Of a stretch of 64,000 nucleotides of DNA, positions 14,649 to 28,084 are shown in pieces. The stretch is taken from contig NC_043001.1 of NCBI RefSeq assembly GCF_006345805.1, positions 61,194,001-61,258,000 of the forward strand. The letters are read 5' to 3'. Position 1 is the first letter of the stretch, and every line of letters starts with the position of its first letter. The notes beneath the pieces are model-generated. The model was given only the letters and a program-made list of their open reading frames with translations. It was not told where the DNA came from and made no database searches. The DNA comes from Octopus sinensis. Lineage: Eukaryota. The position numbers and the translations under genes were made by a program.

Positions 14649-15700
14649 TTAGTCAATGAGTTTTTGTCGTATGTCGGGCCCATCGATGTCCTGCTCTCCA
14701 ACTAAAGTGAGAGATGATGATACAGTATGAAGTAAGCAGTTACCATTCGCAAGGATCTGCTTTATCTTCAAGTTGCGCCTCTTAACCAGATGTTCCAGCA
14801 TGTGGTAACTGTTTTCAGTTGGCGTGGGTGACAGAGGAAAAGGGGAGTCTGGTTGATCAACTTCCATTTCCTCTGGACAGGCTTTGGCTATTGCTTACCA
14901 CAGCTCTGGATCATCATCTTCCCACCAATTTTCCAGTCTGTGCCGATGACGATGTTCTTGTACAAAGGATTGTTCTGCTTCAACCAGTTGAGTGTCTCCA
15001 ACTTTTTAGGCCGAATGTATTCGTGCATATAATGCCCTTTGTAGCAGAGCTTTCTCATCAGTTTCAGAGCTAACACTTCTATGCCTGTGCATTCCTGCCC
15101 TGACAGACGTACGGCGAGTGTCGGCAGCCTCCGGCGTTTCTTTCTTATTCAGTCTTAGCTTTTTTGTGCTGTCAGACGCCCAGTGAGTCTAGGCAGCCTC
15201 CAGCGTTTCGTTCTCCCTAAGTCTCTGCTTATTTGCTCTGTTAGACGCACGGCGAGTCTCGGCAGACGCCGGCGTTTCTTTGTCCCTAAGTCCTCGCTTT
15301 TTTTGCACTTTCAGTCGCACGGCGAGGCTCTGCAGCCTCCGGCGTTTTGTTCTCCCTAAGTCTTCGCCATTTTGCACACATGGCGAGTCTCGGCAGCCTC
15401 CGGTGTTTCGTTCTCCCTAAGTCGGCGCTTTTTTGCAGTGTCAGTCTCGGAAGCATCCGGCGTTTCGTTTTACCTATGTCTTCGCCTTTGCACACTGTCG
15501 GCAGCTGCTGATGCCTTTTCCTGCCTTTTCGTTTTCATGCGCTCTGCATTTTCTTTCTTTCGTTGCTCCACACTTTTAGATCAAGAGGGAGGCATGACTG
15601 CTGTGGTTGAATGTTTTTCCAAAGTAAGCCTGCTATCTGATAAGTCACTTCTGTTAGATCAGCTGATGTCTTACCGAATTGTAATACTCCATGTGAAGTA
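14649..15700 (-). mobile_element. Internally deleted Helentron/Helitron2-like relic: charged tandem peptide repeats, DUF6570-like segment, OTU-like protease start
   Basis: Repeats of RENETPEAAETRR (15100-15500); YKGHYMHEYIRPKKLETLNWLKQNNPLYKNIVIGTDW; IKQILANGNCLLHTVSS (OTU-like DGNC motif). Confidence 0.6.
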
Positions 15701-17264
15701 AATATAACAAATGAAAAATCCGTCAAGAATCTATAAAAATACCCGGATCACTACCAAAAATTTCATCATCTGTTCCTTGTGTCATTACCAACTTTTCCTA
15801 CAAGTTTCATCAAACTTTTTAAGATTAGCGTGATGTATGCTGGTCACTCCTTCGTTATGTATCTTATTGCATTTTGATTTTAAATGTGAATGCAACTTCA
15901 GTAATTAACCACTAAATAGTATTTCATAAGTCTAAAATTAGCAGGACGTTTCTTTTATGTATTGGTTTGTACTGTATGCCAAAATAATGGTCCACTTTGA
16001 GTATCGATACTTTATTTCGTGTTGCTATATAAATGTATCCCGTGAAATATACAAAATAGGTGTCTATATTTCTTCGACCATCTCAATTTGTCAATTTATG
16101 TCTATCTATCCATTCCCCCTTCACTCTCTCTCTCTCCCTCTCAGACCCTCTCCCTATCTATCAATCTCTGTCTCTTACATCAGACTCGGTAATGACATCC
16201 TCGTCGCCCGCCACTTCCACTTGACTGGTCATTCCCTACAATATCTCTGTATGTTCGGACTAGCTTTGCACAGAGGCCATCCGATCTCCTTTCGTCGTGT
16301 GTAGGAATTTATTTTCCCTCTCCTTTCCCCAATCCTTCATGCTCCCAATTCTTCACGTCTCTTCATCCAAACCCACCTCCATTCACAATTCACACACCAC
16401 ACATCGCACACCACACACATTCCACTTCCCATCCTCCTGCATCTCCACATAGCTTCTCTACACCGTTTACTCATTACCGACACAACTCACACCATTATGT
16501 CATTACAGCACATGCATACACCCCGTCATACACACACTCTCACCTTCTCAAACCACGTACCACCAATCACACTTACACTTCCTTCCTCACACGTAGAGTA
16601 CCATGTAATATAGTCTCGCATTCCTCCCAAAACTTAACTCCTTTACATCCAGCGACATTAACTCACATAATCCCTCTACAACACAAAACTTTCGTCAGAT
16701 AACCTCACACACTCTCACACATATTCATGCGAACAAATACAGAATATACACACATATATTTACTTCATACACACACTTTATCCAGCGGCCCCATATGCAC
16801 TCACAACAGCTGAAAACAGGAAAGCAAAGACTCGCTAACATGCATGCACACAGATATAAATAGGTGTAATATTCACACAGCGCAGACTCTCTATGCATTC
16901 ACATTTCATGCATACACAAACGTATGTATCCAACTGCCTCTTAAACAGACACCAAACGGAGATACAAGAACACACAATCACACACACACAGTACACCTGT
17001 ACACAATATAAATACGCAGTTCACTTGCAACGTACACGGGGTTGCACACACACAACTGACAGCCTAATATACATATACATTAGACAACTCACCCGAATTC
17101 GCATCCGCACTAAGTCATAGCCTACCAGCGAAGAAGCAGAATGCATTCATTGAGTATGTGTGGTCGATAATGTTTACATTGCTAGCGCTGTTTCTAATTC
17201 ATATACAAATTGATAGGTGTATACGTATACGTGAGTGTATGTACGTATATCTATATGTATATAT

Positions 17265-17550
17265 TCGCGCCCTTTTCAAGCCTAGTTAGGCTCATGGGCC
17301 CGGTTTCTCGGTTTTTGTGGCGTATGTGTTCCCCCCAGCTGGACGGGCCACCAGTCCATCGCAGCGTTACTCAAGAAACAGGAATCGAGAGTGAAAGAAA
17401 GTTGTGTCACCCCCACCCTCTGCCTGAGTCTCGTGGAGCATTTAGGTGTTTTCGCTCAACAAACACACACAACATTCGGTCTGAGAATCGAAACCGTGAT
17501 CCTCCGACAGCGAGTCCGCTACCCTAACCGCCGTCTATTGCGCCTCCACA
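17265..17550 (-). mobile_element. tRNA-derived SINE
   Basis: Minus strand begins GTGGAGGCGCAATAGACGGCGGTTAGGGTAGCGGACTCG...GGTTTCGATTCTC (tRNA-like A/B boxes); flanked by (TA)n. Confidence 0.7.
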
Positions 17551-17568
17551 TTTATATATATGTATATG

Positions 17569-17632
<64 letters not shown>

Positions 17633-17633
<1 letters not shown>

Positions 17634-19762
17634 CTCAACTGACAGCCAGACGCTGTGCAAATAGGTATTGGCAGGAAATCTGTCAGAGTATCCAGTCAGC
17701 TGCTAACAGGGATGACACCTTTTGAATGTATGCCGGTTTGAAGAAAGCCCTCGGTCCATCCGCAACCAAGTCAGCCCCTCTGAAATCAACTACTGGAGAT
17801 CTCATCAGGGATCAAAGTAAGCAAATGGATAGATGGGTGGAGCACTACCAGGATCTCTATTCACGGGAGACTGCAGTAGGTGAGGCTGCAATCGAGAGTG
17901 TCAAGATATTGCCAGTCATGTGCGAACTTGACAGTCCGCCATCTATAGCAGAGCTCACCAAGGCTATTGACTTCCTAGCAAGAAACAAGGCTCCGGGAAA
18001 AGACGGCATCCCCTCAGAGATAATCAAAGCCGGCAAAAACACCATCCTGCTTCGGCACCTTCATGAGCTTCTGTGTCAGGGCTGGGAAGAGGGTACAGTC
18101 CCTCAGGATATGCGGGATGCTAACATCATTACGCTTTACAAAAACAAAGGTGACCGTGGTGTTTGTAACAATTATCGTGGAATATCTCTTCTAAGCACTG
18201 TTGGAAAGACCTTTGCTCGCGCTATCCTGGCCAGGTCACAACAACTTGCTTCTCGAATCTATCCGGAATCGCAGTGTGGCTTTAGAAGAAGCAGATCAAC
18301 TATTGATATGATATTCTCCATACGCCAAATTCAGGAGAATCCAGAGAGCAGAAAATGCCATTATATATGGCCTTCATTGATCTAACAAAGGCCTTTGACT
18401 CGGTAAGTAGAAAAAGCCTCTTCATCCTGCTCCAAAAATTCGGATGTCCACCAAAGATGCTGAGGATCATCAAGTCTTTCCATGATGATATGCAAGGCAC
18501 CATACAGCACAATGGTTCAACATCAGCCGCCTTCGAAATAAAAAACGGGGTAAAGCAAGGTTGTGTCCTCGCTCCTACATTATTTGGCATTTTCTTCTCG
18601 CTCTTGCTCTCACATGCCTTTCAGACATCAGATGATGGAGTGTTTCTGCACAGTAGATGTGACGGGAAACTGTTCAATGTCTCACGCCTGCGTGTCAAGA
18701 CCAAAATCAGAAACGTCCTGATCAATGAGATGCTATTTGCTGATGATGCCGCTCTGGTATCACACACAGCAGAAGCCCTCCAAAGGCCCATTAACTGTTT
18801 TGAGCAAGCATGTAAATGACTTCTTTGGCTTAGCTATCGGCCTTAAGAATACCAACATCATGGGTCAGGCTACATCGGACATCCCAACCATACATATTGG
18901 AGACCACAGATTACAGGAGGTGGAGATGTTTACCTATCTTGGCTCTACCGTCACCTACAACCTATCCCTTGACGCTGAGCTCAATATACGCATTGGCAAG
19001 GCAGCTGCTGCGATGGCCCAACTCTCCAAACGGGCATGAGACAACAATAAGCTGACCAAGACCACGAAAATGAAGATCTACCAGGCATGTGTACTTAGCA
19101 CTCTACTGTATGGAAGTGAGACTTGGACGCTATACACAGGCCAAGAGCGTCGCCTAAACATCTTTCACCTGCGCTGCCTCCGGAAAATCCTCCGCATCAA
19201 ATGGCAGAATCATATCCCCAACAAAGATGTCCTCAAGCAAGCAGGAATACCAAGCATGTTTGCACTCCTCACACAAAGACGTATGAGATGGCTTGGGCAT
19301 GTTAGCCGTATGAAAGATGGCAGAATTCCCAAGGACATACTCTACGGAGAGCTTGCTAGGGGTACTAGGTCTGTGGGCAGACCGTTCTTACGTTACAAGG
19401 ATGTTTACAAAAGGGATATGAAGGCCTGCAATATCAATATTAGCAGTTGAGAAGCAATTGCCAGCAACCGTGGAGATTGGCGACGTACCGTAAAAGACGG
19501 AATACAAAGGAGTGACAGAGAGAGGAGAAATGGAAAGACAAGAAAAGACGTCAACAAGAAACTATGACATTACAACCAGCCAGGAACAGTCTTCGCTACA
19601 TTTGCGGTACCTGCCAGAGGGAGTGTTTGTCCAGGATAGGACTACACAGCCACAGCAGGAAATGTATCAGGACATGAAATGTAAAAGCCGGACTAGACTA
19701 TTTTATGCGCAACTCCATTGTCTCCCGAGACAAAAAGGATAATAATAATAATAATAATAATA
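17633..19762 (+). mobile_element. RTE-clade LINE, 5'-truncated, with frameshifts and stops; (AAT)n tail
   Basis: ORFs 17726-18385, 18355-18819, 18725-19039 and 19070-19450 give NYRGISLLS, PESQCGFR, FIDLTKAFDSV, GVKQGCVLAPTLF, LFADDAAL, YLGS, LLYGSETW, RMRWLGHV.RM.DGRIPK.ILYGEL. Confidence 0.95.
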
Positions 19763-20411
19763 ATTGTGTACAGTGCTCAGGTGCACTACAACTCATCTAA
19801 AGTGTATATATAATCAGGTGTAGTTTCGGCGGATTTCGGAAGGCATGAGGGCCTTAAAAGATGCAGTGTCATGGCAGTCAACAACTGACGCAGGCAGTTT
19901 ATTCCATGCTTCAGCAACTCTGAGCGTGAAAAAATGTTTCCGAAAGTCATGGGAGCTGTATTGTTTTCTGACTTTGTAGGCATGTCCACGTGTGTTAGAC
20001 ACATGGAGATCAAAAAGGTGTTCAGTGTTGTTGTTGGTGAGGTGATTGATAACTTTGTGGGTGTTTACCAAGTCCGTCGCCAAACGCCGGAGCTTCAGTG
20101 AATCCATGCCCAGGGAAACAAGGCGCTCAGAATATGGTAGGTGTCTGATGGAGGGTATGCGTTTGGTTGCACGTCTCTGGACAGATTCCAGGAGGTCAAT
20201 GTTCTGTGCAAGATAGGGGTTCCAAACTGATGATGCGAATTCCAAGTGTGGTCGTACCATAGCTGTATACAGTTTTAAATAGATGGCTGGAGAGCGGCTA
20301 ACAAAAGACCTGGTGAGTGATGCCAAGACACCCTCGGCCTTCCTGACAATCTTAGAGATATGCTTTGACCAACGCAAATCACTGCTGAAAGTGATGCCTA
20401 GGTCACGCTCG

Positions 20412-20417
<6 letters not shown>
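19763..20417 (-). mobile_element. CR1/L2-type LINE 3' fragment
   Basis: ORF 19814-20377: LYTAMVRPHLEFASSVWNPY...LESVQRRATK...LKLRRL..DL...NTRGH..K...FFTLRV..WNKLP; short 3' UTR ending in (ATT)n. Confidence 0.92.
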
Positions 20418-20488
<71 letters not shown>

Positions 20489-20489
<1 letters not shown>

Positions 20490-20883
20490 TAGCAGTATCG
20501 CCCGGCGTTGCTCGGGTTTGTAAGGGAAATAACTATAAAGCATTTTTAGAGAGTTATATCCCCAAAATAGCAAAAAAATGCATTAAAAATTGAAAAAATA
20601 TGATGGTAATTTTTTTTAAATCGTTGACTCATCGTAGACATTTTTAGAGAGTTACTTCCCTTATATTAAAAAAAAATATGCATTAAAATGGAAAAGAAAT
20701 TATGGTAAATTATTTTTAAAATCGTAGACTCATCGTAGACGCGCGCTAATATCCAGACGGGCTCGATATGAATCACGACTATAAGATACGCGGTTTTGGT
20801 TAAACTGCACCGCAAAATGTGGGAGTAGTTAGGAGTCTAAATCGGAGTAGACAGACACACAACCTTACTTTTATATATAAAGA
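20489..20883 (-). mobile_element. Non-autonomous Helitron (Lep1-like)
   Basis: On the minus strand it starts TC (20883), ends CTAG (20489), sits in an A|T target and has the subterminal hairpin CCCGAGCAACGCCGGG. Same family as 31105 and 32846. Confidence 0.85.
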
Positions 20884-21820
20884 TATATAACCTTAGATGG
20901 TCCATTATTGGATCGGCAGCTACTTATAAAAATAATAGAACGGGTTGCCAGCTATGTTGCTTAGAACTTCTAAAAATCAATAGATTCAAAGTTAAAAACA
21001 AGCTAGTTAATAAAGATCTGAATTTAAGCCATCTTGCATGCATAAATTAACTAAAACCTTTAAATATTATAATCCTTAATTCTCCCTTGTAATACCTTCA
21101 TAATCATTTCACATTGGAATTTCAATAATCTACCACTACTCAGTTATTAGATTAACTATTCATGGACTTACCCCAACAACTCTATCCCCGGATAGTATGC
21201 ACATAACATTTAATCTGGAAAATTTATACTTACTTATGCGTATCTATATGGAACATAGATAATTAATCTAACCATTGTCCTCATATTTTTCCAATCAATA
21301 TTATATTGTAATATTGTAACAATATTGTTATCACCAGAACTTTTCGATTATTTTTCCATTATAATATTTGCTCCTGTACATTGCTTTTGTATATTTTATT
21401 TTTTTTCTAATTTTACCGTTTATTTTTATCTTTACATTTAAATTATTAATTTGTTAATTAATTAAAACTGTCACATCCCCAAAATCAAGATAGATATTTA
21501 GATGTGATGCTTTTACGTGTGTGTATGCATGAATCCACGGGCGTGTATGTATGAAGATTTATACATAGTGGGATTTACATGTATGCATGCGTGAGTGTAT
21601 GTATGAGTGGAAGTGTACACACACACACACACACATATATATATGTGTGTGTATGTGCGGGTGGGTGGGTGTATGTATGTGTATGTATATGTATGTGTGT
21701 ATGTATGTTTATTTATATGTATGTGTATGTGGGTGTGTACATATGTATATGTATGTGTATGTATGTATGTATATGTGTATGCATGTGTGTATGTGTGTAG
21801 GTGTATATATGTATATATAT

Positions 21821-21854
<34 letters not shown>

Positions 21855-21857
<3 letters not shown>

Positions 21858-23200
21858 ACTGCGATGGGTACGCGAATGGCCCCTCCTTTGCCAACCTAGT
21901 CATGGGATATCTAGAAATCAGTCTGTATCGTAAGGTTCTAGAAAGATATGGCAGCCCTTTCTCCCTCTACATAGAAAACAACTGGAGGAGATACCTAGAT
22001 GACTGTTTCATTCTTTGGCATGAAAATATAGAGAAACTCAAAGAAGGAGGAGGAGAAGGAGGAGGGGGAGAAAGGGAGGAAGAATTTGGGTTTGCCTTCA
22101 TTGTCGTTGGTCAGTCGTGGCTAGCAGTTCCTGCTGTCCAATTCATGAAAATACTTCTATTAAAAGGTTTGTTTATAGAATTTGCGTAGGTGTTATACTA
22201 AAAAGCATTAATGATGAAGTTAAGAAGAAGAGGGGGGAGAATAATAATAATAATTCACGATGGAATATAGCCAGCAACAACTCCCCTTCCTCGACATCCT
22301 CATTAAGAAATCTAATAATGTAATAGAAACAGATATATACTACAAGCCTACGGATTCTAAGCAATATCTTCCTTTCAATTCATGCCACCCCAGACACACC
22401 AGAATGAATATCCCCTTCAACCTAGCAAAAAGAATATTACTATAGTTTCTAATGCAAACATTAGAGACACACGACTACATGAACTAAAAGATACCCTCAC
22501 CACCAGGAACTACCCACCTTCACTAATTGACATATGCATTCAACTCAACTTCCAAGAACTCAGACATCCCAAATTAAAGAAAAATTTACGACCAAAAGCC
22601 TTACCATACATCTCCACACACACCCTCTCAACAATGAAGCCTTCGACACCATCCTCCAAAACACACCCCTGCTACAAAAAGACCACAGAATGAACTTAAT
22701 CCTCCAAACACACACGATCATAAAAAGCAAGAGACAGCCCAAATCTATGAAAAGTCTCCTAACAGAAGCTTGAATACGTTCATCAACACATAAGCCGACA
22801 GTAAAAAATGTGAAAGACCCAATTGTGGGATATGCGATTATCTAATTGAGGGATCAGAGTTCTCCTTCAAACAGGGACAACGGTTCACAGTGAAAAGCAA
22901 CTTCACATGTGCTTCGGAGAACCTGATATACACACTAACCTGCTTGGGTTGTCAAGAGCAATACATAGGCCAAACAAACGATAGTTTACGTAAAAGAATG
23001 GCTCTGCACAGATCCCAGATAAAAATTCCCCAAAACAGAAAAATAGCATTCAGCCAACAAATAGATATTTGCGCCAACAACAAAACTCCAAGCTTCGGAA
23101 TTTTCCCCCTCTACCAATTCAGGGACGATACAACCTAGAGCCAACGAATAAGTAAAGAAACTCTCTTTATTACAAAATAAGGCCCCTTCTGAACGCATCT
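21855..23200 (+). mobile_element. Neptune-type Penelope-like element, 5'-truncated and disrupted (RT core, thumb, Cys linker, GIY-YIG)
   Basis: MGYLEISLY...WRRYLDDCFILW, LPFLDILI, FNSCHPRHT, FTCASENLIYTLTCLGCQEQYIGQT..LRKRMALHRSQI; interrupted at 22040-22252. Confidence 0.9.
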
Positions 23201-23642
23201 ACAACAAACGAATAACGATCTTCCATTTGATATTGTAATGACGTTTCCAGATTAACGCCCAGATGGTCGTTGTATGCTTTCTCTCGGGGTGTCAAAAGTT
23301 TGAAAGATAACTGTATCAAGATTTAAATTTTACCTCTACTGATCCAATATAACATTTGGTTTCTATCCTAACATTTGCCAGTTTTTTTTTCTAAATGGCA
23401 AAATGTCTGTGTTACATAAAGATCTTTCTGATTTTTATAATAATACTATAATAACAATGTGGCTTAGCCGATTAGTAGTGTTAGAATGCACATATATTTT
23501 CATGATATAAAAGATGGTCTACAGCACACAGATTTGCTTGTTAGTTGTTTGACCTTCAGCAACTGAGCACGTACCTAAGTAACTGATGATATATGCTTCT
23601 CTGATCATGTCCAGGAGTAGTGGTGAAGAATGATAATCACTC

Positions 23643-23782
<140 letters not shown>

Positions 23783-23834
23783 ATCATTAATGCAAAAACA
23801 TCAAACAAAAAGCAAAAATACGAAACAAAAATCA

Positions 23835-24365
23835 AAGGCTTGCATGAATAATATCGAAGACAACTGGAAATGTAAACTCTTGTATGGAAAATACCCTAAC
23901 CGCCATATATTCATCAAAATCTAACACACTGATGGCTACAAGGGAGAGATCTGAAAGGGGAAACAGAAGACTTTGTTATTGCAGCGCATGATCAAAGCTT
24001 ACCTACCAGAAACTACCATGCAAACGTCCTTAAAGATGGATCTGACCCATCGTGCAGAATTTGTAGAAAATTCACAGAGACAATTGAGCATGTTGTTCTT
24101 GGCTACCCAATCCTCCCTGAAAAGGAGTCCCTCATACGACATGACAGACTAGGGTAGTACATTCACTGGAATGCTTGTAAATACTACAAAATCATATCCC
24201 ATGATAAGTGGTACAAACACCATCTACAGGATGTAGTAAATGCCGAGGGTTTCATCCATCCTTTGGAACTTCTCAATACAAACAGACAGAAAAATTGACT
24301 CTAATCGACCAGAGAATGTGATCAAGGACTACAACAGAACTTGTCCGTTAATAGATATGACTGAA
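23835..24365 (+). mobile_element. R4/Dong-clade LINE fragment (RT C-terminus, CCHC knuckle, start of RLE)
   Basis: LKGETEDFVIAAHDQSLPTRNY...DPSCRICRKFTETIEHVV..., RHDRLG*YIHW, ILWNFSIQTDRKIDSNRP; homologous to the element at 1-725. Confidence 0.85.
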
Positions 24366-24590
24366 TGTTTGCTTTCTCGTTTTATGTAACATTTTCTGAC
24401 AAAACTACCATTATTCTTTTATTCTTTTATTTGTTTCAGTCATTTTACCGTGGCCATGCTGGAGCACCGCATTTAGTCGAGCAAATCGACTTGCAACTGC
24501 TCCAATTATTATTGGTATCACGTCAAATAACCTGATTGACCACAACCTTCCTATTTCGCACTTCAAATCGTTATAATGCTTTCTTCTTCA

Positions 24591-24659
<69 letters not shown>

Positions 24660-24685
24660 GATTATTATTATTATTATTATTATCA

Positions 24686-24731
<46 letters not shown>

Positions 24732-24765
24732 CATCATCATCATCATCCTCATTATTATTATTACT
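24591..24765. repeat. (TAT)n/(CAT)n microsatellite
   Basis: Direct sequence. Confidence 0.97.
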
Positions 24766-24829
24766 AATTATTCAGCGATAAATAGAAAATAATTTGTTGT
24801 TATACACTTTTTAGATTGGTAGAAATGCA

Positions 24830-25015
24830 TTACTGGTTGATTAATAAGGTGCACTGTACGTTCTGAGTGCAAATTCCGCTGGGGTCGACTTTGCTTTTCA
24901 TCCTTTCAGGTTCGATAAATTAAGTACCAGTTGTGTACTGGGGTCAACCTAATCAACTGGACCCCTCCCTAAAAATTTCGAGCCTCGTGCCTAGAGTTGA
25001 AAAGATTAATGAGGC
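24830..25015 (+). mobile_element. SINE fragment
   Basis: GGGGTCGACTTTGCTTTTCATCCTTTC...TAAGTACCAGTTG..CTGGGGTC core, shared with 41715-42080. Confidence 0.6.
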
Positions 25016-25112
25016 GCACAGTCAGTATTCCTTTGAGCACACGGGATCAAGTGCTATTTTGTTGTTAGTGCGGATTAGAAGAATCCTACTGCTTTAGTCT
25101 TTCTGCCTGCTA

Positions 25113-25510
25113 TACGAAGGCGTACCCAAAAGGAACCGGAATATTGCAACATTTAATTTTTTTACATGTTTACACATTTATCGCCTTCAAAATTATTCTC
25201 TATTTGAACCAATACAGCCGCATAAGCGCGTTTTCTACTATTCGAAGCAGTGCTAGAACGCTTGTGAAGTGATACCATTTAACATCTCCGTCGTTTTGTT
25301 TCCAGTTCTTCCACATCTGCAAATTCCGTACCACCAACTTTCCTCACCAGTGATGACCTACGTAAAGAGGTATGGATCAACTTCCAACTGTTCTTTCCCT
25401 TTACGACACGCACTAAGCCGTGACTGCTTTTGATCTTCTGTGAGAAAACGAGGGATAAATTTTGCTAAACCCCTTTTCATTCCCAATTATTCGTTCAAAA
25501 TTTGTTGGCA
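25113..25510 (-). mobile_element. Internally deleted mariner (Tc1/mariner) relic
   Basis: Minus strand AKFIPRFLTEDQKQSRLSAC...VITGEESWWYG (WVPHEL-like and first-D motifs); TIR-like end TACGAAGGCGTACCCAAAAGGAACCGGA at 25113. Confidence 0.75.
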
Positions 25511-25553
25511 GGAGTTCCAGTAGACACCAATTAAATAATTCATTAATTAAGAG

Positions 25554-27290
25554 GCAATATTGGTTACCCTCGATGTTATCAATCTTTACACCAACATCCC
25601 CCATGGCTATGGAATAAAAGCAATTACATTCTGGTTGGAAAAGTACCCCGAAGGTCTCCCGCGCATAAACCAGATCTTCATTATTGAATCCTTAAAATTT
25701 ATACTTCAGAACAATTATTTCCTATTTGACGACACAAACTATCGTCACAAATGTGGAATTGCGATGGGGACGAAAGCAGTTCCTGTTCTTGCGAATCTAA
25801 TAATGGGTTATTTTTAATTCACCTTATATGAAATATCACTTCAGAAATATGGTTACCCATTTTACCTCTACATAAAAGAAAATTGGAAGAGATACCTAGA
25901 TGACTGCTTTATCATCTGGAAGGAGAACATCGACAAACTTTTGGATTTCAAATCAACACTAAATGACATAAATAGTAACATTCAATTCACAATGGGATAT
26001 AACAAAGAACAACTCCCATTTTTAGACATCATGATAAAAAAAGTTAACAATGAAATCATAACTGAAATCTATTATAAACCAACTCATTCAAAACAATATC
26101 TTCTTTTTAACGCATGCCACTCGAGCCACATCAAAATAAACATCCCTTTCAATTTGGCAAAATGTATTTGCACAATAGTGTCTCATAGAACAACTCGGGA
26201 CCTTCATCTTCAAGACATCAAAACAAAACTTATTGAAAGACAATATCCACTCTGTATTATCGACGAGGGAATTAAATGTGCCAAACAATTAGACACAAAA
26301 AACTAAGAATAACAAAACATAACACCACACCTCAACTCAAATCATTACTATTTATATCAACACACAACCCCAGAAAGAGTGAGGCATTCGACACTATTGT
26401 GAAAACTCTTCTTTTACTAACTAGAGATCCAAAAATGAACGACATTCTGAAAACACACAAACTCATGAAATGCAAAAAAACAAGACAAATCGCTAAAGAG
26501 ACTACTAACAAATGCGAAGCTTTACAAAACAGCCACGAAACCAGCAGTTGAAAAATGTGGACGCCCAAACTGTGGAACCTGCCCCAACCTGCTTGAAGGC
26601 TCGGATTTCCTTTTCAAACAAGGACAGAGGTCCACAATTAAAACTAGTTCCACTTGTGCCTCTGAGAAACTAATTTATGTAATAACCTGCTCGGGTTGCG
26701 AATACCACTATATTGGACAAACGAGTATGACCTTAAGAAAGAGAAGCACTCTACACAAAGAGCAAATCAGTTTCCCGCAATACAGACAAATTCTTCTCAG
26801 TGAACATATAGAAATTTTGCAGGTAACATCAAACCAAATTTCATAGTCTTCCCTTTCTACCAGTGCAAAGACGCAATCTCTCAACTAGAACGTTTAAATA
26901 AGAAACTTTTTTCATTGAAAAATACAAAACACGTCTTAATATGCCCGCATAACCAACTTTTATCTTTTTACATATTTCAATTCACGATTACATCACTGTA
27001 CATAAATTCCCTACTAAACAAGGTTTTTGAAACTTGTCTCTGTCTGTACACATATATAATCCCCACCCATTACCGAAAGCTGAACATTTATCTCCCTTAC
27101 CCAAAACAATAACAATAATAACGACAACCAATTACCTCTCTTTATTTATCTACTTGTGAATTTCATCACACACAACATGGACAAAAATCCATCTTAAGAA
27201 AAATATATATATTCAAATAAGTAAAACATAATATCATGAATAGCGATAGCGAAATCGGTCGATATATTAAAAATTATATTAAAACTATGA
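25554..27290 (+). mobile_element. Neptune-type Penelope-like element, 5'-truncated, frameshifted, with a 3' terminal repeat carrying an HHR
   Basis: LVTLDVINLYTNIP, GIAMGTKAVPVLANLIMGY, YLDDCFI, LPFLDIMI, KCGRPNCGTCP, IYVITCSGC..YIGQT, EKYKTRLN; HHR at 27231-27265. Confidence 0.92.
27231..27265 (+). ncRNA. Minimal type I hammerhead ribozyme, A3-U8 core variant
   Basis: AUAUC-AUGAAUA-GC(GAUA)GC-GAAA-UCGG-UC|GAUAU: 5-bp stem I, 2-bp stem II, self-complementary stem III, GUC cleavage triplet. Confidence 0.7.
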
Positions 27291-27373
27291 AAGTGTGCGT
27301 ATTTTCCTTCTAATTTCTGATATACATTACAACTCACCACGTGTGGATAATCGAAATTCCTCTTTTCTGTTAC

Positions 27374-27412
<39 letters not shown>

Positions 27413-27841
27413 ATGTATCTATGTGCATTGTCTCATATATATATATATATATACATGTATATATACATACATTTATACCCACATATACACAGGTACACAC
27501 ACATGCATGCATATACATGAACATTTTCACACACATTTGCACACACATACGCACACAAGCACAGTTAATTTGTATTTGCATTCGACAATCTCACATGGAA
27601 GTTTCTTCTTGAAGTAAGCCATGTCGTAATGTAGACATTCAATAAATCGAATACGACGTTAGATGATCTGCATCGCATTCTGTAACCTTATGCTTTGTGA
27701 AAACCAATTGAGTAACTCATTGTCCTTATTGTGTAATATAAAATGTGTAATGTTAGTATTGGATAAATAAGTATGTGCATACGATTGTTTATAGACGTGT
27801 CGATTTATATAGATGTGTGTGTCCGGTATATATATATGTGG

Positions 27842-28084
<243 letters not shown>

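Noticed and set aside
23582-23615. CTGATGA core with a possible stem II downstream of the 21.9-23.2-kb PLE
   Set aside because: No GAAA or cleavage triplet follows; at best a deleted relic.
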